Source: Candidatus Saccharimonadota bacterium (GTDB lineage: Archaea > Nanobdellota > Nanobdellia > Pacearchaeales > GW2011-AR1). Taken from it: DNA of 32,000 nt. The notes beneath the pieces are model-generated. The model worked only from the letters and a program-made list of their open reading frames with translations. It searched no databases and was not told the DNA's origin. A program made the position numbers and the translations under genes. Shown here one piece after another: positions 15,680 through 22,515 of this stretch (within the stretch, counting starts at the first letter, position 1; every line of letters starts with the position of its first letter). The DNA lies in contig JBAZYG010000002.1 in assembly GCA_041659445.1 (NCBI GenBank), positions 120,001 to 152,000 of the forward strand. Reading direction: 5' to 3'.

Positions 15680-15978
15680 TTTTCTTCTCCTGATTTTATT
15701 TTTTCTAATTCAAGGGGGTATCCTGAAACATCCACATTCATATCTACCAGTTTTTGTCTAATCGAATTGTAAATTGTAGAGGCCATACTAGAATATTTTT
15801 CCATATAAGATTCATTTCCCATAACTGAAAAAATTATCTTTTTAACAAAATAATCTTTTCCTACTAAATCTAAAAGATTCAACCCTTGCTTTTCTGTAAA
15901 TCCTTCATCTAAGAGAGCTAAAAATTTTAATTGGAATTCATCTGTCTTTTTTTCTAATGTTTCATAAAGTTCTTTCAT
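15676..15978 (-). CDS. Orphan ORF b inserted between S17 and L14
   Basis: 100 aa, helical, no recognisable family. ATGA overlap with the S17 stop. Its last ~12 codons are a near copy of the S17 3' end. Confidence 0.5.
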   Translation of the reverse strand: MKELYETLEKKTDEFQLKFLALLDEGFTEKQGLNLLDLVGKDYFVKKIIFSVMGNESYMEKYSSMASTIYNSIRQKLVDMNVDVSGYPLELEKIKSGEEK

Positions 15979-16310
15979 TTTTTATCTTCTCCTGAATTTA
16001 TTTTTTCTAAAACTACAAAGTGAATTATTTTACTTAATGGACGGCATTCTCTAATTCTAATTAAATCTCCCACATTAATTTCTTTTTCCATACATCTTGG
16101 AAGTCTTGCATGAATTTTTGTTTTGTATCTTGCATATCTTTCATATTTTTTAACATAATTCATTCTTTCAAATTCAATTGCAATTCTTTTTTCATGTTTG
16201 CTTATAACAGTTCCTTTGAATATTCTTCCTCGTAATTTCAAGTTTCCATGAATAGGGCAATCCTTATCATTGCAAGCGCTTTCGATTTTTTTTATTTCTT
16301 GTTTTTTCAT
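15975..16310 (-). CDS. rps17: 30S ribosomal protein S17 (uS17)
   Basis: CNDKDCPIHGNLKLRGRIFKGTVIS ... VGDLIRIRECRPLSKIIHFVV. Confidence 0.9.
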   Translation of the reverse strand: MKKQEIKKIESACNDKDCPIHGNLKLRGRIFKGTVISKHEKRIAIEFERMNYVKKYERYARYKTKIHARLPRCMEKEINVGDLIRIRECRPLSKIIHFVVLEKINSGEDKK

Positions 16311-16311
16311 T

Positions 16312-16608
16312 TTAAATTATTGATTCCTCTTCAAATCCCAATTTAATTAATAATTCTTTTATTTTTTTGCTGTGGTCTCCTTGAAGTTCTATTTCATTGT
16401 CTTTAACAGTTCCTCCACATGCTAATTCGTTTTTCAATGATTTTGCTATTTTTTTTATGTTTACTTCTTTATCAAATCCGCTAACTATTGTTACCAATTT
16501 TCCATATCTTTTTTTGTCAGTTCTAACGCTAATTCTTTGCGAACTTTTTACAATTTGTTCGCAAACGCATGCTTGTATAGGTAAACCGCATTTAGGACAA
16601 ATTTCCAT
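16312..16608 (-). CDS. sui1: Translation initiation factor aIF1 / SUI1
   Basis: N-terminal CPKCGLPIQACVC knuckle plus the SUI1 core KRYGKLVTIVSGF ... LKNELACGGTVKDNEIELQGDH. Confidence 0.85.
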   Translation of the reverse strand: MEICPKCGLPIQACVCEQIVKSSQRISVRTDKKRYGKLVTIVSGFDKEVNIKKIAKSLKNELACGGTVKDNEIELQGDHSKKIKELLIKLGFEEESII

Positions 16609-16797
16609 TTACTTTTTTCCCTCCTTAATTGTTAATATTCTTGCAATCATTTTTTTGATTTCTTTTGATTTTGAAGAGCCTCCAGATTTTGAGCTAGCAG
16701 TTTTTGATTTCATCAATTCAAGTTTTAATTCTTGAATTTTATTTTCTCTTTCGGACTTAGGTATTTTTGTTATTTCTTTATATTTTAATTTATTCAT
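16609..16797 (-). CDS. rpl29: 50S ribosomal protein L29 (uL29)
   Basis: 62 aa with ERENKIQELKLELMKSK helical pattern; position between S3 and SUI1. Confidence 0.8.
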   Translation of the reverse strand: MNKLKYKEITKIPKSERENKIQELKLELMKSKTASSKSGGSSKSKEIKKMIARILTIKEGKK

Positions 16798-17473
16798 TTT
16801 TCTTTCTCCTATTTACTTTTTTAATTTCATCTTTTTTATTTTGATATTCTTCTTTATTTTGAGCCAATTTTTTTATTAGTTCGTCGTTAATATTTAATTT
16901 ATCTTTTAATATTGCATCTGGTTTTAAAATGCTTACTTTAACTCCGACTGTTCCAGGTTTTGTTTGTGCTGTAGCTTGAGCTCTGTCGACGACTTTTGCG
17001 CTGTCTCCTGTTTTTTTCAAGTAACCTTGTGAGAATCTCCATGTTCTTGCTCTTGAACTAGGAAGTTTTCCACTTAATCTTATTTCTGTGCCAAGTGCTT
17101 TCGCGTCCATAATTCTTTGAAGATATTTATAAGCTAAGATCTTAAATTTTAATGGTCCAAATCTTTCTAATCCTAATGCAATTTCATCTGCAACTAGTTG
17201 TGCATCTAAATCTGGAATTTTTATTTCGTCAATTTCAATATGTGGGTTTTCTAATTTGAATTCTCTTTTCAAAATATTTGTTAATTCTTCAATTTTTTCT
17301 CCGCCTCTTCCAATAACTAAACCTGGTTTGTTTGTTGAAATAATTATTTTTTCTCCTATAGGTGTGTATTCAATTTTAACTTTGCTGACTTTTCCTTTTC
17401 CAATTTCATTTTTTATTCTTTCTTTTATTGAAAATTCTTCTTTCTTAAATTTTACAGTATTTCTTTCTTCCAT
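16790..17473 (-). CDS. rps3: 30S ribosomal protein S3 (uS3)
   Basis: KH domain KPGLVIGRGGEKIEELTNILKREF and C-terminal domain RTWRFSQGYLKKTGD. Confidence 0.9.
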   Translation of the reverse strand: MEERNTVKFKKEEFSIKERIKNEIGKGKVSKVKIEYTPIGEKIIISTNKPGLVIGRGGEKIEELTNILKREFKLENPHIEIDEIKIPDLDAQLVADEIALGLERFGPLKFKILAYKYLQRIMDAKALGTEIRLSGKLPSSRARTWRFSQGYLKKTGDSAKVVDRAQATAQTKPGTVGVKVSILKPDAILKDKLNINDELIKKLAQNKEEYQNKKDEIKKVNRRKKNE

Positions 17474-17481
17474 TTTAATAT

Positions 17482-18111
17482 TTATTTTTTACCCTCGGTT
17501 TTTTTAATTTTTTTATTTTTCAAAAATGTTTTTTCATATGCAACGATTTTTAAATGAGTTCTCTTTTTTCTAACAGCTCCAAATCTTCCATATGGTTGTT
17601 GTCCTTTGTTTGCAATTGCTTCTTTTATAATTGGTTCACTTATTTCATTTTGATGTGCGTTTCCAAGTAATCCTTTTAATATTTTAATAAAATAAGTTGA
17701 TGCTCTAACAGGATATCTTCCAGACATCATTTTTCCTTTTCTGTGGGGAATTTCGCCTTTCATTGGAACTGCTTTTTTTAATTTAGTAACTTCTTCAAGT
17801 TCATTAATTGCTTTTTGAATTGGTTTATTTTTTATGAATTTACATATTGCCATTGCGTATTTTGTTGAAATTGGAACATTATTTGAATTAACAATTGCAA
17901 AATTTTTCTTTATTTTTGGAGTTGTTTTTTTAATTTCAGTTTTTTTGTCTTCGGTTTTTTCAATATTTTTTATTGTTTTGTCTTCTACAATTTTTTCTTC
18001 TGTAATTTTATTTTCATTTTTCTTTATAGGAGCTTCTGCTTTTGCTACATTTCCTGAAATTTTCTGAGATTTTTTCTCTAATTTTGTCGGAGCGTATTGT
18101 TTTTCTGTCAT
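17482..18111 (-). CDS. rpl22: 50S ribosomal protein L22 (uL22) with a ~60-70-aa Lys/Thr/Glu-rich N-terminal extension
   Basis: Core ISTKYAMAICKFIKNKPIQKAINELEEV ... HRKGKMMSGRYPVRAS. No internal Met would give a normal-length protein. Confidence 0.85.
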   Translation of the reverse strand: MTEKQYAPTKLEKKSQKISGNVAKAEAPIKKNENKITEEKIVEDKTIKNIEKTEDKKTEIKKTTPKIKKNFAIVNSNNVPISTKYAMAICKFIKNKPIQKAINELEEVTKLKKAVPMKGEIPHRKGKMMSGRYPVRASTYFIKILKGLLGNAHQNEISEPIIKEAIANKGQQPYGRFGAVRKKRTHLKIVAYEKTFLKNKKIKKTEGKK

Positions 18112-18113
18112 TT

Positions 18114-18515
18114 TTATTTTTTAGCTTTGTGTTTGCTTCCTTTTGTTGCACCAACGCCAGCTTTACTATGTTTAATTTTTCCTCTTGTAAGAGCAAATTC
18201 TCCTAATCTGTGTCCAAGCATTTCTCCAGTCACATCAAAAGGAACAAATTGATTTCCATTGTAAACTGAAATTTTCATTCCAACAAGTTCTGGAACAATA
18301 ATTATATCTCTATTGTGTGTTCGAATTTTTTTTCCTTTTCTATCTTTTTCTTTAAGTCTATTAACAAATTTTTCAATTTCTTGGAATTGTCTTATTGCTG
18401 TTCTTCTTTCTCTTGCATTTAAAAATTCTGCAAATTCCCGAATACTTAAAGTTTTCAATTCTTCAATTGTTTTCCCTCGATATGTAAATTGTTTTTTTGA
18501 TGTTTGTTGTTCCAT
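18114..18515 (-). CDS. rps19: 30S ribosomal protein S19 (uS19)
   Basis: RTHNRDIIIVPELVGMKISVYNGNQFVPFDVTGEMLGHRLGEFALTR. Confidence 0.9.
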   Translation of the reverse strand: MEQQTSKKQFTYRGKTIEELKTLSIREFAEFLNARERRTAIRQFQEIEKFVNRLKEKDRKGKKIRTHNRDIIIVPELVGMKISVYNGNQFVPFDVTGEMLGHRLGEFALTRGKIKHSKAGVGATKGSKHKAKK

Positions 18516-18516
18516 T

Positions 18517-19215
18517 TTACTTTCTTTTACCTGTTCTTCTTGGTCTTACTAATCCAACTCTTCTTCCTGGTGGAGCATTTCTCTTAGCAATCTTGCTCTT
18601 AGGATTCTTTCCTCTACCAGAACCAAATGGATGATCAATTGCATTCATTTTTACAGCAGATGTTCTTGGCCATAATTTACTTTTTGTTTTTTTAATATGA
18701 AATTTTTTTCCTGCTTTAACAACTGGTTTTTCTAATCTGCCGTCTCCTGCAATAGTGCCTATAATTGCTCGACATTCAGGGTTAAAGCTTTTTTCTTTTT
18801 TAGAAGGCATAACTAAAAATATTTCATTTCCTATAATCCTGCTAACTGTTGCAAAATTTCCTCCTGCTTTTATGAATTTTCCACCATCTCCAGGTCGGGA
18901 TTCAATGCAGTAAACTTTTGTTTTAACAGGAATATCTTTTAATTTTAAAATATTTCCAAATTTTATTTCTTTACTATCAAAATTAATTTTATCTCCTTCA
19001 ACTAATCCTTTAAATGCAGGAACAAAAAATATTCCATCTGAGTATCTTATTTTTGCTAAAGGGCATGTGTGTGCTCCTGAATCAATTAATTTTGTTATTC
19101 TTCCTTCTCCAGATAATCTTGATGGATAAATTAATCTATATTTGAATGCTTTTTTGCTTACTCTATATGTTGAACTTCCTTTTCCTCTAGCTTGTGAAAT
19201 TATTCTTTTTCCCAT
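18517..19215 (-). CDS. rpl2: 50S ribosomal protein L2 (uL2)
   Basis: GNFATVSRIIGNE ... MNAIDHPFGSGRGKNPKSK ... PGRRVGL. Confidence 0.95.
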   Translation of the reverse strand: MGKRIISQARGKGSSTYRVSKKAFKYRLIYPSRLSGEGRITKLIDSGAHTCPLAKIRYSDGIFFVPAFKGLVEGDKINFDSKEIKFGNILKLKDIPVKTKVYCIESRPGDGGKFIKAGGNFATVSRIIGNEIFLVMPSKKEKSFNPECRAIIGTIAGDGRLEKPVVKAGKKFHIKKTKSKLWPRTSAVKMNAIDHPFGSGRGKNPKSKIAKRNAPPGRRVGLVRPRRTGKRK

Positions 19216-19457
19216 TACATCATTCCTAACTTTGTAGCAATATCAATTGCCAAAGTGTTTTTATTTAATTTAGCGTAAACATATTTTTTGTTATTTCTGA
19301 TTAAAGTTCTCATTTTTTCAATTTTAATATTCAATAATTTTTCAAGTTCTTTTTTAATTTCAGTTTTTGTTAAAATCATTGGAGCTTCGAATGTTAAAAG
19401 GTTATCTCTTTCAATACCCATTACTGCTTTTTCTGTTACAACTGGTTTTAAACTCAT
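19215..19457 (-). CDS. rpl23: 50S ribosomal protein L23 (uL23)
   Basis: 80 aa, LLTFEAPMILTKTEIKKELEKLLNIKIEKMRTL; position between L4 and L2. Confidence 0.85.
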   Translation of the reverse strand: MSLKPVVTEKAVMGIERDNLLTFEAPMILTKTEIKKELEKLLNIKIEKMRTLIRNNKKYVYAKLNKNTLAIDIATKLGMM

Positions 19458-20263
19458 TTTTTCTCTCCTGAAAATTTATTTTCTAAATCCTTGATTGCTT
19501 TTTCAGTATAAATTGTTAATCTTCCTGGTTTTCCTTTTGCTAAATCCAAAATATTCAATTCTTTAACTTGCTTAACGTCGAATGCAGTTGTCTTTAATTT
19601 TTCATCATTTCCTAAAACCAAAAGTAATCCTGCATTTTTTTTGTATTTTCTTCCTCTTAATTTTCCAATTCCACTTCTTATTTCTTTTTTCTGAATTGAA
19701 ACTTCAAATAATTCTGTTCCAAGGATTTTTTTAAAAGAAGTTATCAATTCCCTGATTTTTAATTCAGTGATTTTAGATTCAACAATTAAAGGAAGTTTTG
19801 TAATTTCTTTGTTTCTTAATCTTTCATATTTTTGTTTTAAATATTTTTCATTAGCAGTTGCACTTAATGCAGATTTTAATCCGAGCAATAATTCTTTTTT
19901 GTTTATTTTTAAATCTAGAATTCTTGAAATTGCTTTTGGAGGATGTGCTCTTCTTCCGCCACGAGTATTTGGAACTCCAGCAGCAACCCAATTAAATTGA
20001 GTACCTTTTCTTGACATTGTTTTTCTTGGAACTCTTGACATTCCTCTTCCATATTGACTTTTCCAAGCGTGTCTTTTATGGACAATTTTTCCTGAAACAG
20101 AAGATTGATTTCCTGCACTTGGGTTTGAACCGTAAGGATGTTGAATTTTTCTTATTTCAAGAATTTTATAAATAATATCTTCTCGAACTTTTTCAGTAAA
20201 GAATTTAGGTAATTCAATTTCTTTTCCAGATTTTCCGTCGATTGTTAGTATTTTTGCTTTCAT
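19454..20263 (-). CDS. rpl4: 50S ribosomal protein L4 (uL4)
   Basis: HAWKSQYGRGMSRVPRK ... GGRRAHPPK pattern. Confidence 0.9.
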   Translation of the reverse strand: MKAKILTIDGKSGKEIELPKFFTEKVREDIIYKILEIRKIQHPYGSNPSAGNQSSVSGKIVHKRHAWKSQYGRGMSRVPRKTMSRKGTQFNWVAAGVPNTRGGRRAHPPKAISRILDLKINKKELLLGLKSALSATANEKYLKQKYERLRNKEITKLPLIVESKITELKIRELITSFKKILGTELFEVSIQKKEIRSGIGKLRGRKYKKNAGLLLVLGNDEKLKTTAFDVKQVKELNILDLAKGKPGRLTIYTEKAIKDLENKFSGEKK

Positions 20264-20610
20264 CTTAAAATTTCCTCTGTTTGTTTTAATAATAAATTAT
20301 CTAAACTTATTTTTCCTTCTTCTGCTAATTCTCTAAATTCTGGAATGTATTTTTCCACTATTTCTTCAGGAACTATTGTTGGACGAGTTTCATAATTTGC
20401 ATTTATGAATTTTTTTAGATAGAAGTTTAATTGTTTTTTTTGTTCCATTATACATTCTCTTTTCTCTTCTGGAGTGTAATTAAATGTAGAGATCTCTCTT
20501 TTAGCCATTGAAAGTGTCATGGAAATTAATTCTTCAAATCTATTCACTTCTTTTTTCATATGCTCTTCCATGCCTTCTTCTAGTTTTTGTTGATTTATTT
20601 GATATTTCAT
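20260..20610 (-). CDS. Orphan ORF a inserted between L3 and L4
   Basis: 116 aa, helical and acidic, no recognisable family. ATGA overlaps with both the L3 stop and the L4 start. Confidence 0.5.
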   Translation of the reverse strand: MKYQINQQKLEEGMEEHMKKEVNRFEELISMTLSMAKREISTFNYTPEEKRECIMEQKKQLNFYLKKFINANYETRPTIVPEEIVEKYIPEFRELAEEGKISLDNLLLKQTEEILR

Positions 20611-21566
20611 CTTAAATTTATTAATTCATAATTTTTCTTTAATTGTTTTTTAGTAGGCCTCATTGCAGAAGTTGCAATTAATTGTCTTTTTGCAGAACCT
20701 TGAACACTTCCGTAAACAAGAACATAATCTGTGTTTACATTTCCATAATTTTTCAAAGAATTTATTGGTTTTTCAGAAGCTTTAGATACATCAATTATTT
20801 TTCCGTTGTAGATTGCTCTTGTGAACATTCCCATTTGTCCTGGCATTGGAACTCTGAAAGTTACTCTTGGAGGATTCCATGGGCCAATACTTCCGACTTT
20901 TCTTTGTCCTTTTTCTGTTTTGTGGAATCTTAATTTAACACCAAATCTTTTAACAACACCTTGAAATCCTTTTCCTTTTGTTAATCCTCTTAAATCAATT
21001 AATTGTCCTTTTTCAAAAACTTCTGAAATAGTTATTTCTTTGTTGAAGTTTTTTTTAGCGAATTCAAATTTTTCATGCAAATTTCCTGTCAAGCCAATTT
21101 CAGAAATATCTGGTGATTTTTTTAATCCAGATTTTTTAACAACAGAATAAACAATTAATCTTAAATTATCAAATTCATCAAGTTTTATTTTTTCTAAATC
21201 TAATTTTGATTTGTTTTTTGGAAGTTTTATTTTTCTTTTTAATTCTTTGTCTAAATTTTCAGCAAGAATTTCTTTTTTCACGATTCCGTTTTTGTATAAT
21301 CTGATTGATAAAATTTTCATAGGCGGACATTCCAAAACAGTCATAGGAATTGTTATTTTCTTTCCTTTCATCATAGAATTGTTTGTTTCGTCTTTTACAA
21401 AACCAGAAATCATTCCAGCTTTGTAGCAAATAAATCCTTTCAATCCTTTTTTTTCAGTATTTTCAGAATTAATAGCATCCCAGTTTACACTAGGTAAAAA
21501 TTTATTGGCTCTTTTTCTCGGCCAAAACTGCAAACTTCCTTTTCTCGGTGTTTTCCTTGATGGCAT
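20607..21566 (-). CDS. rpl3: 50S ribosomal protein L3 (uL3)
   Basis: PRKGSLQFWPRKRA ... GKGFQGVVKRFGV ... GSIGPWNPPRVTFRVPMPGQMG. Confidence 0.95.
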   Translation of the reverse strand: MPSRKTPRKGSLQFWPRKRANKFLPSVNWDAINSENTEKKGLKGFICYKAGMISGFVKDETNNSMMKGKKITIPMTVLECPPMKILSIRLYKNGIVKKEILAENLDKELKRKIKLPKNKSKLDLEKIKLDEFDNLRLIVYSVVKKSGLKKSPDISEIGLTGNLHEKFEFAKKNFNKEITISEVFEKGQLIDLRGLTKGKGFQGVVKRFGVKLRFHKTEKGQRKVGSIGPWNPPRVTFRVPMPGQMGMFTRAIYNGKIIDVSKASEKPINSLKNYGNVNTDYVLVYGSVQGSAKRQLIATSAMRPTKKQLKKNYELINLR

Positions 21567-21644
21567 TTGTTATCCTTATTGTGTTTACTAACGCGGATGT
21601 TTTCATTTTACTTACCCTGGAATGATTTATCAAGAAAAACTTGG

Positions 21645-21652
21645 TTTATAAA
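21645..21652 (-). promoter_or_regulatory. Candidate TATA box (tttataaa) of the ribosomal-protein operon, 78 nt from the L3 ATG (leadered, unlike other units)
   Basis: This is the only clear TATA-like 8-mer in 21567-21671. AGGA lies 7 nt upstream of the L3 ATG. Confidence 0.35.
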
Positions 21653-21671
21653 GGTTACTGGGATGAAAATT

Positions 21672-22514
21672 TTATAGTTCATTTACTTTTTCAAGAGATT
21701 TAATGACTTCTGAATAATATAATCCTGGAGTAGAATTAGGATTATATTCAAAATTTATTAAAATAGATATCATTTTCCTCCTTCCATTTTCCCCATAATA
21801 ATAAAATTCCTGTTTTGAAAGTTTATAATTAAAATGGGTTGCTTTCTTTATTATCAATTTAACTAAAGAAATTGTTACAAATTCATAATATTGAATTTCA
21901 TCTGTTGAAGGAAATTTTTCTTTAAACATTTGAATAAACTCATTATTGTGTTCATCAGAAAGGTTTGAATTTAAAATACTCTTCAATTTATCTTTAAATT
22001 CCAGTTCATCTTCAGCCTCAGTTTCTGGAAAAGTCAAAAATAGAGAAAATTTATTATAATTCTTTTGAAATTGAAATAAAAGATCTAATATCCGTTCTAT
22101 AGAAGTATCATTCTTCGATAAATTTCCATCTAAATCTAAATTAATTACATCAACGGGGAAAAAAGTTGTTTCACCATTTATTAACTTATTATATTTTTCC
22201 TGAAAAAATCTTCCAATTTCATATGGGTGTGTTGTAGCATTGACCAATTTTTTAGCGAGTTTATTATGGATACTGGTTAATCTCTCAAAACAAATAACTT
22301 TTCCTTTGGTAATTGTGCAGGATTCTGTTTCGTTCTCTTCCCAATCAATTATTCCTTCTTCTTTAAATAATCTTAAATCTTGCATTTCATCGGAAGGCAA
22401 AGTTATTATAGAACATTCCTTTTCTTCTAATTTGCTTATCTCTTTAATGAATTCTACCCACTTTTTACGAATAAATTCTTTATGTCTTGAATTATTTTTA
22501 TAATTTGAAACCAT
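21672..22514 (-). CDS. Unknown protein, third gene of the MTase-GHKL operon (candidate effector/specificity partner)
   Basis: 280 aa from MVSNYKNN, whose ATG lies 1 nt after the GHKL stop (TAAAATG junction). The track start at 22541 would overlap by 26 nt. Only a weak Rossmann-MTase-like ordering is visible: IITLPSDE ... VICFER ... DVINLDLDG. Confidence 0.55.
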   Translation of the reverse strand: MVSNYKNNSRHKEFIRKKWVEFIKEISKLEEKECSIITLPSDEMQDLRLFKEEGIIDWEENETESCTITKGKVICFERLTSIHNKLAKKLVNATTHPYEIGRFFQEKYNKLINGETTFFPVDVINLDLDGNLSKNDTSIERILDLLFQFQKNYNKFSLFLTFPETEAEDELEFKDKLKSILNSNLSDEHNNEFIQMFKEKFPSTDEIQYYEFVTISLVKLIIKKATHFNYKLSKQEFYYYGENGRRKMISILINFEYNPNSTPGLYYSEVIKSLEKVNEL

Positions 22515-22515
22515 T

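Noticed and set aside
20258-20616. 12-bp repeat tttcatcttaaa (coding strand TTTAAGATGAAA, i.e. LR-stop overlapping MK) at both ends of orphan ORF a, considered as a target-site duplication.
   Set aside because: It is suggestive but short, and it is composed of an ATGA overlap plus common AAA/TTA/AGA codons. It cannot be distinguished from convergence on the coupling grammar without comparative data.
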